Counted from the first letter of the stretch, positions 9,717 through 19,970 are shown. The stretch: 64,000 nt of DNA from an uncultured Acidobacteriota bacterium (GCA_963796275.1 CAWCKY010000002.1:719479-783478); one strand, 5' to 3'. Program-made: numbers and translations. Notes: a model not told the origin generated them from the sequence alone.

Positions 9717-10673
9717 TCATCTGGCAACCTGATCCGAAATGTGCGCGGCCACATCTTCCAGGGTTCCGGAGATATATTTGATCTTGAGATCGCCAAGCAG
9801 GTAGCGGATAAGTTCGCGCCGCGCAAAATATGCCTCCGGACAGTCTAGAGGAGGCATATAATCACCGAAATCGAACTTCGCGCCAAGGAGCATCGGCGTG
9901 GTCGTCGCTCGAATATACCGAGAGAAATTTTCATTGAGATAGAGCCGGGGAATCAACCCATCATAATCTTCGATGTAGAACCTCTGTTGTGCCTGGTCGA
10001 TATGAACAAAGAACGCGCCAGCTACATTTAAGGGCAGCGATGCCTCCTCTATTCCCAAGCGACGAGGAGAAACATTCACTTTCTGCAGCCAGGCGTCCCG
10101 CTGCGGCTCAGGGAAATGACAGAGCAAGTCCTGGCAGTTTCGTTCAATCGATGCGCGACGTAAAAGCACGTTTCTCGAACCGGCGATGACTGACGCCGAT
10201 CGCTTCTGAGACGAGACACCGCCGAAGACGCAAAGATCGTTGGCGGCAAGTCGAAAACCGTGCCGGAGACAGAGGCGGATCGCCGTTGTGGTCTTCCCAG
10301 CCCCGACGTTTCCTAACAAAAGCGCCGCTTTATCGTCACGCGCGACGGCGGCGCAATGCGCGGTGACATATCCCTGCAATTGCATTTCTCGCTCAAGCAG
10401 GAGATGGGCGAAATGGAGCAAACTGGCTCCGTCATCCAGCGATTCTGATGGACATTCAATCTGCAAATGTCTCCGGTCGGCCGAAAGACGGAGAGCGCAG
10501 GATCCTGACGTCGCGGTATGCTCGAGCAGCGGCTCGGCAATCGCTTCCGACCGCGTGATGCTGATCAATGGCGGAGCGACGGATATACCGAGCCGCTCAT
10601 ACCTGGCTGACAAATCTGCCGGCGAGACCACAGACACGGAAAATCGACCGATGCTTGCGGTGAAAATACCCAT
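9717..10673 (-). CDS. HPr kinase-like P-loop kinase
   Basis: AHCAAV...LLLGNVGAGKTTTA...GFRLAANDLCV (conserved His, Walker A, ND in place of DD). Confidence 0.75.
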   Translation of the reverse strand: MGIFTASIGRFSVSVVSPADLSARYERLGISVAPPLISITRSEAIAEPLLEHTATSGSCALRLSADRRHLQIECPSESLDDGASLLHFAHLLLEREMQLQGYVTAHCAAVARDDKAALLLGNVGAGKTTTAIRLCLRHGFRLAANDLCVFGGVSSQKRSASVIAGSRNVLLRRASIERNCQDLLCHFPEPQRDAWLQKVNVSPRRLGIEEASLPLNVAGAFFVHIDQAQQRFYIEDYDGLIPRLYLNENFSRYIRATTTPMLLGAKFDFGDYMPPLDCPEAYFARRELIRYLLGDLKIKYISGTLEDVAAHISDQVAR

Positions 10674-10692
10674 ATTAATTATCCCACTTCTT

Positions 10693-12009
10693 TCAGTCCA
10701 TGCCGGCGGTGGTGGATTCGGCATCCCAAGGCCCTGGGCGCAGTTCGAAAGGTATGGACTCCCACTCGTAGATGCGGCCAAGAGGCCGTCGCCTGAGGAA
10801 GGACTCGCGCAGCAGCGAAGCCTGGAGATAGAGAGATTGTTCGATTTCAGCGGGAGTCGCAGCATTGATCTCTCCCCAATAAGTCATGACTCGGCACAAG
10901 TAGATCGCGACTAACTGGTCTCGGACCTGGAAGAAGTTTCCGGGCGTCAACATTCCGAGTGCGGAGATTAAGGCGTTGCACCATGTCTCGGCGTCGATCG
11001 CCGGCAGATTCGGAGCGGAAGGGTTGCCAATGTAACCTGGCGTACCGGTAACGATTCCCGGAATGATCGCAGCCATACTGTCATGCTGAGTTAAATACCG
11101 ACGCACTCTTTCAAGAACCTCGTTGACGGCTTGCTCTTTCGGCGTCTCCGCAACGGCGTCGATGGAAGTATGATCGGCCAGCCGAAAATCCTGACTTCCC
11201 GATTGTGATTCCTCGCCGCCGACCCGGCCGGCTTGTGAGGTGAGAAGTATTCGCATCAAGGTGTCGAGGACCTGCTGCGACATATGTAATATTTTGGGGA
11301 ATCCCGGGTTGTGGAGTTTTCGTGACAGCCGGACTTCGGCGACGTTCAAGCCCCGCGCGAGCGCGTTCGCTGTCAGAAAAATGTCGATCCCATAGAGGAG
11401 AGCGCTCTCGGCGGACGGCCAGTCGAGAGCCATTCTTATGAATTCCCGATTCATGGCGAATTCTCCGGCAATCGGCTGCCGGATGTGCCGGCCGAAGACG
11501 GCGTAGAGCAACGGCACGACGATGTGGTTGGTGGTATTGCCTTCGTATTTGTTGCGCGTGTAAATCGGAGAGATCAAAGCGGGCCTGGATTCGCCCAGAG
11601 CAGGAGATAACAGCTTATCCACCCAATCAGGAGAGATCGTTCGCACATCCGCGTCAAAAAGGCACGCGGCTTTTGCGAGCGTCGCCCTCGCGAATCGCAG
11701 AACGGCGAAGATATTCCTTCCCTTCCCCTTCTTGAGGCTGCCCGTATCTATTGCGATCTTTTCGGCCGTTGTCGGAGTCGATAGAAAACAGGCGGAGGTT
11801 CCGTCATCGCTGCCACTGTCGGCATTGACGATCGCTGCGGTCAGATGCGGGAAGAATGTTCGCAAACCGGCGTCTATAGTCTCCACTACCTGCCGGATTG
11901 TGCGAGCTTCATTGTATGAGGGAATGCCCACTACGATGTCTCGAACTCGCCCGGCATTATCGATGGTCGCGACGTCTATGCTCTCGAAGCCTTTAGTCAT
12001 GCTATCCAT
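10693..12009 (-). CDS. GT-A glycosyltransferase, mannosylglycerate/glucosylglycerate synthase-like
   Basis: VVGIPSYNEA, NADSGSDDGT, GKG, FDAD, PIYTRNKYEG.TTNH, IRQPIAGEFA, YGIDIFLT, RKLH; CAGGAG RBS. Confidence 0.82.
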   Translation of the reverse strand: MDSMTKGFESIDVATIDNAGRVRDIVVGIPSYNEARTIRQVVETIDAGLRTFFPHLTAAIVNADSGSDDGTSACFLSTPTTAEKIAIDTGSLKKGKGRNIFAVLRFARATLAKAACLFDADVRTISPDWVDKLLSPALGESRPALISPIYTRNKYEGNTTNHIVVPLLYAVFGRHIRQPIAGEFAMNREFIRMALDWPSAESALLYGIDIFLTANALARGLNVAEVRLSRKLHNPGFPKILHMSQQVLDTLMRILLTSQAGRVGGEESQSGSQDFRLADHTSIDAVAETPKEQAVNEVLERVRRYLTQHDSMAAIIPGIVTGTPGYIGNPSAPNLPAIDAETWCNALISALGMLTPGNFFQVRDQLVAIYLCRVMTYWGEINAATPAEIEQSLYLQASLLRESFLRRRPLGRIYEWESIPFELRPGPWDAESTTAGMD

Positions 12010-12218
12010 ACTCAATCTCCTGAAATTCGAGTTATCTGCAGCCCTGATCGATAAACCGCGCAATGAACGGATCGGTCACAAATCGCTCCCCGCACCAATA
12101 GATTGTCCGATCGCTTATTTGTTGAAAGGCGAGGCGTGATCATCCGGCGGCCACCTGACTTATGTTTCGACCCGGACCCGGCGTTCTCATCTGGCTGTCG
12201 AGTTGCAGGCTTGCTGGC

Positions 12219-12689
12219 TTATGGAATGATCGGTAAATTGACGAGGATGAATCGCCCCTCCAATTCCACATATCTGCTGATCACTTCATAACCTTGACAG
12301 GCCTGGCGCATGGCATCCTGCGCGTTTTCCCCGGTTCTGATGCGAAACACATTTCCGACTCCGTGGCCGCTTCCGGCGTCACGGACACGAACCGTTACCA
12401 GGAACTTGACAGGCATCCCGAGTATTTCCCGGCGCATCTTCTTGAACTGTCTCGCAGACACGATCTTGACCGGCTGAGACGTGGTCCCTATCGATGGATA
12501 CAAGGCCAGGGCAGACCTACGGTTTCCTGTGTCCCCCTTATATTCTTCAGGAATCCCTTTCCACTGTTTTAAAGTCATCGGGATATAGCCGTACTTCTCG
12601 ACGTATTCCCACTTTTGCGGCTCCTTGCTCGATCTACATAACTTCCGGCGCGGTTTCCCGCCTCGAACTTTTTCCATGCTCTCCTCCAT
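12219..12689 (-). CDS. Hypothetical protein (phage/plasmid-like)
   Basis: Basic 156-aa ORF; MTLKQWKGIPEEYKG resembles a motif of mobile-element proteins (from memory). Confidence 0.5.
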   Translation of the reverse strand: MEESMEKVRGGKPRRKLCRSSKEPQKWEYVEKYGYIPMTLKQWKGIPEEYKGDTGNRRSALALYPSIGTTSQPVKIVSARQFKKMRREILGMPVKFLVTVRVRDAGSGHGVGNVFRIRTGENAQDAMRQACQGYEVISRYVELEGRFILVNLPIIP

Positions 12690-12891
12690 CGATCAGTTAT
12701 GCGCAAAATGATTTCTACAAATGAACGATCATGAAGCTGTCCGGAAGCGCCGCCAGTGACCGCCCGGCATGGGTTGGAAGAAGACGTAATCCGCCGGCTG
12801 ATATCAGGATTCGTGTGAAATGGTGAGGGACCGAGAATCGTAGCTGTTCCGACCGAGTGGAGAGCGATCGGCGTATCTGGACTCCGAGCAA

Positions 12892-13452
12892 CTAACTTCC
12901 GTTGATCCAGCCTTCCGGAATATGCGCCAACTGATTTCGAAGAAGCGTCTGTTCCACCAAGCCGACGAGCGGTGGTGGAGATTCCCGCTCGCCCCTCTTC
13001 ATCAGAGTCCAGACGCCATGTAACTCATTACGGGTCCCCCAGACTCTGTCTCGTAAACACTCGAGCAGATCGATCCTGTTATACAAAGCAAGTACGTCTG
13101 AGTTGACCAGTAAAAGAGTCTTGTCCGACCGCGAAAACTCTCGTTCAACCCCAGGCATTGAACGTCCTACCAGGATCATCAAATTTTTCCAGTCGGGACC
13201 GCCGTGCTGAGCGTTGTGAGCTTCAAGCACGACATTCCAGTCAGCGTTAGCTATGTTCGCCTGCTCGCGCATGATGCGGATGAATACCTCACTGAGATCT
13301 CGGCGCTCCAGGTCAAAGCGGTTGAGCAGTTTCGATTCCGCCGCTTCCAGATGCGTCTCCGGGGCAGTCAGGATCAAGAATGCGCCTTCGCGCGTAGCTC
13401 GCCGCAATCGATCGTCTAAAATTCGGGCATCCACTTCTTCTGGTGTAAGCAT
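12892..13452 (-). CDS. Stand-alone homolog of the C-terminal domain of BREX/Pgl kinase PglW
   Basis: RLRRATREGAFLIL...ADWNVVL...DWKNLMILVGRSMP...KTLLLV...LALYNRIDLLECLRDRV...LHGVWTL...AHIPEGWI matches the recalled PglW C-terminal pattern; own AAAGGAG RBS. Confidence 0.65.
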   Translation of the reverse strand: MLTPEEVDARILDDRLRRATREGAFLILTAPETHLEAAESKLLNRFDLERRDLSEVFIRIMREQANIANADWNVVLEAHNAQHGGPDWKNLMILVGRSMPGVEREFSRSDKTLLLVNSDVLALYNRIDLLECLRDRVWGTRNELHGVWTLMKRGERESPPPLVGLVEQTLLRNQLAHIPEGWINGS

Positions 13453-13669
13453 TGCTATCTCCTTTCGACGCATTTCCGCCCGCCTTGTTTTAGTCCGGCG
13501 CCGGATTCAAGCTGATTTATCGGTTCAAATCCTTTTTCGAGAACCAGGATTAGTAGGCAATGCTCAAAATCGGCAGTTCTGGTCAAGAAATGACTCCACA
13601 AATGGCTATTTTTCTGGAGCTGTAGTCTAAGCTGGCTTCCCCATCCACCAAACCATTGTTTTCGTCGGT

Positions 13670-14015
13670 TCGGCCTCAGCAGCACCTCGTCGATGCGGTA
13701 TCGATCCAGATCAAGGACTTCAAGGTAGAACCCACTCTACTCAAAGTGTTCTCCTGGTACCGGAATTCTACTTATTCGCATCAGGATCAAACCGGCAAAC
13801 GTGTGGTAATTGTCTCGCTCTACTCCGGACAATTTCAGATGTCCAGCAGTTGTTTGAACTCATCAATCGGTAATACGTAATACTCCATCGATCCGCCACA
13901 GTCTGTCCTCACGCTGCACAGCAGGAGGTTCTTCTGACAAATCGGAAGACCGGATGTCACCGACAATCGGTTCTATGATGTTGTGATGTGTGAGCATCCC
14001 TTGGGTGCCGTAGAT
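13670..14015 (-). pseudogene. 3' remnant of hemolysin/CBS-CorC domain gene
   Basis: YGTQGMLTHHNIIEPIVGDI...AVQREDRLWRIDG then YHTFAGLILMRISRIPVPGEHFE*SGFYLEVLDLD; stops and frameshifts. Confidence 0.75.
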
Positions 14016-14058
14016 ACTCTTCCTCCCTACTCGCATTGAACGCGGCGGGATCGAGCCT

Positions 14059-14824
<766 letters not shown>

Positions 14825-14882
14825 AACTGCTGGCCTTATTCTCCAGAAAAGAAAACCACTACCAAAAATCCTTACGGACTCG

Positions 14883-14935
14883 GTAGGAGTCATCAACTGC
14901 ACTCAAGCAGTGGTTGCGGGGAACCCCATCCCCAC
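14883..14935 (-). promoter_or_regulatory. Fluoride (crcB) riboswitch
   Basis: Minus strand GGGGATGGGGTTCCCCGCAACCACTGC...GCAGTTGATGACTCCTAC matches the consensus GGnGATGGnGTTCnCC..AACC..TGATGACnCCTAC; directly upstream of crcB. Confidence 0.92.
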
Positions 14936-15039
14936 GATTTAAGCATACAAGTTTTTTTTAGGGCAAAAGACGGAGCAGCAGCAAACAAGTAATACTCAAA
15001 TACGCTTTGCGATTGCGGTCATAACGAATGACAGGGTTT

Positions 15040-15173
15040 CAGGGTGTTGGCGAGTAACGCGATAGCCATATTACCGCCGGCCAGCCGTTCGCCCATAATC
15101 CCGGAACCGATCACCGTCGACAGTAGCAGTGCCGCCCCACAGCCTCGGCGACACTTCGTCGAATAAGACTCAT
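15040..15173 (-). pseudogene. Truncated 5' copy of the arsenic-associated aquaporin
   Basis: MSLIRRSVAEAVG/AALLLSTVIGSGIMGERLAGGNMAIALLANTL is nearly identical to the N-terminus of 25954-26706; ATGA-coupled to arsN2. Confidence 0.85.
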
Positions 15174-15646
15174 CGCTCGATCCTGTGCGCCTCAGGCTGA
15201 ATATCAATCTTCATCAAAACCGCCGTGGAGCAACGCGGCAGCCGCCATTCCGGCGATTGCGCGAGGCGTTCATCATAGCCCTCACGAACCGCTACTGTGA
15301 AGCCGAATTTCTTCTCGAAGAAATCTCTCGCGGTAGTCGTCAGCAGTAGCGCTTCGCTAATGCCTTGCCGCGCAGCATCCTGAAGAATCGCCTCTGTCAG
15401 TCGAGTTCCGAGCCCAGACCGCTGAAGCTCTGGCGTGACGGCGGCCGACCGCAGCAGGCCAAGCCTGCCATGCCGCTCCATCCCGACGCAGCCGACCAGA
15501 CGACCCGTATCGTCCCTGGCGACGAGGAAGCCGTCGAGGTGCTCGGCTACTCCGTCAGAAGGCAGATCGACGGTATTAAGCAGCGAAAGAATTTCCTCCA
15601 AAGCTGAAGATTCAGCCCTGGAGATCACGACTTGTGGTGATTCCAT
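15170..15646 (-). CDS. arsN2: ArsN2-family GNAT N-acetyltransferase
   Basis: GLLRSAAVTPELQRSGLG, LLTTTARDFF...GF, SPEW...CSTAVLM; located in an ars operon. Confidence 0.8.
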   Translation of the reverse strand: MESPQVVISRAESSALEEILSLLNTVDLPSDGVAEHLDGFLVARDDTGRLVGCVGMERHGRLGLLRSAAVTPELQRSGLGTRLTEAILQDAARQGISEALLLTTTARDFFEKKFGFTVAVREGYDERLAQSPEWRLPRCSTAVLMKIDIQPEAHRIER

Positions 15647-15724
15647 TGCATTAAGTGGCTAACCAGCGATCTGTACGCGCGCCTGGCCGCATCCTGCCGG
15701 TTTCTTTCTCGAGTGCGAGGGCGT

Positions 15725-16750
15725 TTACTTTAGCTTGTTGTCCAAATCCAGACGACGACGAGCCTGCATCAAGACACTGAGCATGAAGCGTCCGATGTCA
15801 TCGCGCCTCTCAGCATATTTCGCAGCTTCAAATGCAGCGCCGTCATACTCCTTCGGGTCAGCGTATGGCGCCGAGATTCGCTTGCCAGCTCCCTTGACCA
15901 CTGGACATTCGGCGTCCGCTTGAGTGCAAACCATAATGGCCGCGAAACCACTCTGGGGGTTATGAGGGTCGGAGTAAGACTTGGAGAACTCCAAGGTCTC
16001 CAGTCCCATCCCCCAACGTACCCGGTAGATCGGATTTGCATCGCCGGAACTACCACGGGGAGCTTCCTTCCCTGATGGCTCTATCTCGACGCCGATCTCC
16101 TTGAGGGTCGCAATCGTCCTCGAATTGAAGGCGCTGGGCGTCGTGCCGCCGCTGTAGAAGCGAATGTCCGGCAGCCCATAATAGGCGGCGGCGATGTTGC
16201 CCATCGTCGAGCCCAGGATGCTTCGCCGCGAGTTGCCGGTGCAGACGACAATGACAGCCAGGGGCTTGCCGGGCTGGTAGTTCGTGCTGATCCAGGTCAC
16301 CAATTCATCGGCGGCTACGCGATGTGGCTCTTCGATCAGGTCGAACTGAGTGGTGAGCAGGTCGGCATGACGACGGACCTTGGGAAACATGTCGTCGCGG
16401 GAGCGAGGTTTTTTTTCATCTAACATACGTTCCATCTCCAGCAGGCTGATGTAGTCATTGGCGCCGGCGAGGGGTTGGAAAACACGTTTCTCGAACACCC
16501 CGCTGACCAGATTCCATGGCAGTCTCGACTTCTTGGCGCGGAGGGCTTCGCCCAAAGTGGTCTTGAGCTGGCGGTCCTTGCTCGGAGTAAGCGCCTGTGG
16601 CTCCGCATACAGATGCGAAAACCATAAAGCCGAGACCAGCGGGTTGCCAGGCTTAACTGCTGATTGAGTTTTTACCGCCCGAGCCGGCATTTGTGTGGCG
16701 AGAATACAGAGCGCAACAGCGCCCGCAAAGATAACTGATCGTCGTACCAT
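15725..16750 (-). CDS. LMW protein-tyrosine-phosphatase/arsenate-reductase-like protein with signal peptide and N-terminal extension
   Basis: Active-site loop CTGNSRRS, YSGGT, MVCTQADAECP, PYADPK; N-terminus MVRRSVIFAGAVALCILATQMPARA looks like a Sec signal. Confidence 0.8.
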   Translation of the reverse strand: MVRRSVIFAGAVALCILATQMPARAVKTQSAVKPGNPLVSALWFSHLYAEPQALTPSKDRQLKTTLGEALRAKKSRLPWNLVSGVFEKRVFQPLAGANDYISLLEMERMLDEKKPRSRDDMFPKVRRHADLLTTQFDLIEEPHRVAADELVTWISTNYQPGKPLAVIVVCTGNSRRSILGSTMGNIAAAYYGLPDIRFYSGGTTPSAFNSRTIATLKEIGVEIEPSGKEAPRGSSGDANPIYRVRWGMGLETLEFSKSYSDPHNPQSGFAAIMVCTQADAECPVVKGAGKRISAPYADPKEYDGAAFEAAKYAERRDDIGRFMLSVLMQARRRLDLDNKLK

Positions 16751-16874
16751 GCTGTGGGTTACTCCAATTGACAGAGTCTTTTGCCGTCTGGCGTCAAGCG
16801 GGCCGCAGCCGCTCTGATTCACGCCGTGAGACCGCTTCGCGTCTTCGATGATGGCCTTGTTTTGGAAACAGTCT

Positions 16875-17351
16875 TTATCCCCTCGCGATACTGACGAAGG
16901 TAGGTATCGATACACCGCAGCAATCGCCATCCCCCGCGCAGCTCCCTTCGGGAAGGTTGTCTTCCAGGACGACGAAGACCTCCCATTCGTTGCCGTCGGG
17001 GTCACTGACCCAGGTCTTGTCCTGGATCGCGTAACAGCAGTTGGTCTGCATCTCGTCGCGGGTATCAAGCCCCGCTTGTGCCCATTGCTCCCTCATTGCA
17101 AGGACGTCGTCGGTCGAAGCTACCTGAATCCCCATGTGCGAAAGCGCGCCGCGATCGTTGAAAGATATTTCATTCAGAGCGAGGTTGAGCGGCGGATTCT
17201 GCACGTCAAACTTCGCGTAACCCGTCCTGACCTTGCTCGGCCCGATCCCCAGCATCTTTTTGTAAAACTCCACGCTCCGCTCGACGTTTCGGACGTTGAG
17301 CGAGACATGAGCCTTGATCGTCTGCACAGTTCTGGTATTTTTAGCGTTCAC
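16875..17351 (-). CDS. arsI: ArsI/CadI VOC-family protein (C-As lyase-like)
   Basis: HVSLNV, GYAKF..QNPPLNLAL, LSHMGIQV, NCCYAIQDKTWVSDPDGNEWEVF. Confidence 0.88.
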   Translation of the reverse strand: MNAKNTRTVQTIKAHVSLNVRNVERSVEFYKKMLGIGPSKVRTGYAKFDVQNPPLNLALNEISFNDRGALSHMGIQVASTDDVLAMREQWAQAGLDTRDEMQTNCCYAIQDKTWVSDPDGNEWEVFVVLEDNLPEGSCAGDGDCCGVSIPTFVSIARG

Positions 17352-17408
17352 CTCAATCTCCTTCTAAGCTCGATCATTGAGCGTATTCTCAGACTAACAG
17401 CGAAAAAT

Positions 17409-17428
17409 ATATCCGTCAAGGCGTATAT
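17409..17428. promoter_or_regulatory. Putative ArsR operator 1
   Basis: ATATCCG-TCAAGG-CGTATAT imperfect palindrome between divergent arsI and arsR. Confidence 0.7.
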
Positions 17429-17465
17429 GTTCTTCGCGATTTCTTCGTGGTATCATGGTTATGTT

Positions 17466-17864
17466 ATGAGCCGATCAAATAAGGGTTTCGACCTCGAAAA
17501 ATTCTTCGTCGCGCTTTCCGACCGCAATCGTCTACGCCTGATTAACCTAATGGGGGATGATGAGGTTTGTGTGTGCTTCTTCACCGAAATCTTGAAGATG
17601 CCGCAGCCGAAGGTCTCGCGGCATCTCGCCTACCTGCGCCGTGCGAGAATAGTAACGGCTCGTCGGGAAGGTAAATGGATGCACTATCGCCTCATTCCTC
17701 CGACCGACGAACACGCCTCGCTTATCCTTCGAAACGTGCGTGAATATCTCGCGGGTAATCGAGAGATGCAGCAAGATCGGGCGCGGCTGGTCAAGATTTG
17801 CTGCGCGCAGACGCTTCCGGTGCAGTTGCAAGGCGCGCCCCTCCCCGCCAGTTTACAGGTCTGA
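17466..17864 (+). CDS. arsR: ArsR/SmtB regulator (copy 1)
   Basis: ALSDRNRLRL, EVCVC, QPKVSRHLAYLR, RREGKWMHY, C-terminal CC; TGG-TATCAT extended -10 just upstream. Confidence 0.93.
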   Translation: MSRSNKGFDLEKFFVALSDRNRLRLINLMGDDEVCVCFFTEILKMPQPKVSRHLAYLRRARIVTARREGKWMHYRLIPPTDEHASLILRNVREYLAGNREMQQDRARLVKICCAQTLPVQLQGAPLPASLQV

Positions 17865-17928
17865 GCGGACATTTATTTCGGCATGGAGACCAGCCGCCGT
17901 GCGGCTGGAGAATTCGAGGTGGAAGAAA

Positions 17929-18471
17929 TTGTTGGATCAAATCTGGCATGAGTATCACACTAGTCTACTGAGCTTTATCCGGCGCCGTGTCGATGTCGCT
18001 GATCTGGCCGAGGATATCCTTCAAGACGTTTTCATCAAGGCCCATTCACGGTTGGACACGCTGGCGCATGCGGATCGGGTGCAGAGCTGGATCTACCAGA
18101 TCGCGCGCAACACGATCATTGATTATTACCGCACCCGGAAAAGTACTGAGCCACTTACCGATGAGGTTCCGGAGCGGCCGGAGCAGGGCGATCATGAGTG
18201 GCAGGAGTTGGGAGAGTGCGTTCTGCCCATGCTCGAGATGCTTCCGAAAGGTTATCGTGACGCACTGATGCTCTCCGAGATCAATGGCCTACCTCTCATG
18301 GAGGTGGCGAAGCGGTTGAATCTCTCGCCTCCCGGCGCGAAGTCGCGTGTTCAGCGTGGTCGAGAGAAGCTTAAGAAAGTATTTCTGGATTGCTGCCATT
18401 TCGAGTTCGATTGTCGCGGGAAGCCGATCGACTGGTCGCCCAAAAAGGATTGCAATCGCATCTCCTGCTAA
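17929..18471 (+). CDS. sigZ: ECF sigma factor SigZ
   Basis: AEDILQDVFIK, SWIYQIARNTIIDYYR, GAKSRVQRGR, C-terminal DCCHFEFD. Confidence 0.88.
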   Translation: MLDQIWHEYHTSLLSFIRRRVDVADLAEDILQDVFIKAHSRLDTLAHADRVQSWIYQIARNTIIDYYRTRKSTEPLTDEVPERPEQGDHEWQELGECVLPMLEMLPKGYRDALMLSEINGLPLMEVAKRLNLSPPGAKSRVQRGREKLKKVFLDCCHFEFDCRGKPIDWSPKKDCNRISC

Positions 18472-18564
18472 ATTTTTTCCTCGGATTTTGCATCTTCTTC
18501 CGATCTCTTTCGTCTCTCTGAGTGACGGGCGGTCAAGCCCGGTTACATCGAAGTACAAAAGGAA

Positions 18565-19341
18565 ATGGATATGAAGGTTTTGTTCAGTTCAGCAATGTTT
18601 CTATGTCTATTTGCGCCAGTCTTCTTCGCGCAAGATCCACTGAAGGTGGCTCCGCAGGCGTATAAGCTCGCGTTCGAGAACGAGTGGGTGAGAGTTATGC
18701 ATGTCCACTACGGTCCGCGCGAGAAAATCCCGGCTCACGATCACACTCAGCTGGCGGCCATTTACGTCTATCTGAACGACGGCGGCCCAGTCATTTTCAA
18801 ACACATCGGGCTAGACTATGGCCCTATAACCAGACCGGCGACCAAAGCCGGAAGCTTCCGCATCTACAAGGCCGTTAAAGAAGTTCACGAGGTAGAAAAT
18901 ACGTCCGACATGCCGAGTGATTTTCTGCGGGTTGAATTCAAGACCAGGATCGTTGACGAGAAGACCTTACGCGGCCGTTTCTATCGGGAGTCATGGCCTG
19001 CCGGCGAAAATTTCGAGAGGACGCAGTTTGAGGACGAGCAAATTCGAGTTACTCGACTGGCCTGCGCGCCGGGTAAAAAGCTCGACATCCCATCGAGTCC
19101 GACCGGTCCGGCTTTGCTGGTCCCCTTTTCCAAGGTGCGTCTCGACGTGGTCGGGCAGAAAGGCAATGCCATGAGGGCCGATCTTGAGCCCGGGAAGACA
19201 GGTTGGCAACAGGCCGGCCAGCAGCTGCGGCTTGAAAGCCCGGGCAATGCGCCGGCGGAGTTGCTGCGCTTCGAGTTTAAGACCGAACCGGTAAAGGGTG
19301 TTGATAGGAAGGGAACAGCCCATGAACATCCGCGTGAATAG
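18565..19341 (+). CDS. Secreted bi-cupin-like protein
   Basis: Signal peptide; QDPLKVAP..YK..FENEWVRV, HDH, HEVEN..LRVEFK; second degenerate cupin (FEDEQIRVTR..LRFEFK). Confidence 0.75.
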   Translation: MDMKVLFSSAMFLCLFAPVFFAQDPLKVAPQAYKLAFENEWVRVMHVHYGPREKIPAHDHTQLAAIYVYLNDGGPVIFKHIGLDYGPITRPATKAGSFRIYKAVKEVHEVENTSDMPSDFLRVEFKTRIVDEKTLRGRFYRESWPAGENFERTQFEDEQIRVTRLACAPGKKLDIPSSPTGPALLVPFSKVRLDVVGQKGNAMRADLEPGKTGWQQAGQQLRLESPGNAPAELLRFEFKTEPVKGVDRKGTAHEHPRE

Positions 19342-19519
19342 ATAAGGAGCAGAAGCGCAATCTCTCTTAACCGGGTACAGTGACACTTAAACTCTCGCGC
19401 AATCCCTCTCAAAAGGCTTACCTGAGGCAAGACCCGTATTCTCTAGCAACCGGAGTCATCAACGTATTGCGCCAACGCATCATTCCCTCAGCCTGAGTAA
19501 GGCTGGACTTACAATGTTC

Positions 19520-19906
19520 TCACTGGCCTGTCGGATGATTCTGGTCGGATGAGAGACATATGCAGTCGATTGTGGTGAGAGTGTAACCTATATTCGGTTT
19601 GGTCAGGATGTGGACGCCGAAGAGCCTTAGCTTACGCCGTAGGGTGGAGATGTGCACCTTCAACAAATTCGACGCGCCTTGATCGAATACTTGATTCTCA
19701 CCCCATACCGAAGCCCAGATATCCGATTGCGGCACGGGGCGTCCGATCTCTCGCACCAGACGTGAAAGAATCAGAAACTCCTTGGCTGTCAGGCTGTAGA
19801 TCGGCCTGTTGGCGCAGGCCACATAGAACTTATTGTGCTCAACCCGCAAACAGCCGTCGTCATATACGTCCTGCTCTGTAATTCGCTTTTCTTCTTTTCG
19901 TGACAT
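19520..19906 (-). CDS. Stand-alone OmpR/PhoB-type winged-helix DNA-binding protein
   Basis: LTAKEFLILSRL, IWASVWG, LKVHISTLRRKL, GY; no receiver domain. Confidence 0.85.
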   Translation of the reverse strand: MSRKEEKRITEQDVYDDGCLRVEHNKFYVACANRPIYSLTAKEFLILSRLVREIGRPVPQSDIWASVWGENQVFDQGASNLLKVHISTLRRKLRLFGVHILTKPNIGYTLTTIDCICLSSDQNHPTGQ

Positions 19907-19970
19907 ACCAAGTCCTGTGTGAATCGTGTTTGTGAGTTTCGACGTGTTTTAATTCCGCGGGTGTCAATAG

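Noticed and set aside
14825-14902. N-terminal extension of CrcB
   Set aside because: Runs into the riboswitch and its expression platform
16751-17068. 447-aa version of the LMW-PTP-like protein
   Set aside because: Overlaps arsI out of frame; the signal peptide begins at 16750
16848-17465. 338-aa ArsR with long N-terminal extension
   Set aside because: The extension is the antisense of arsI; the paralogs start at the equivalent of 17466
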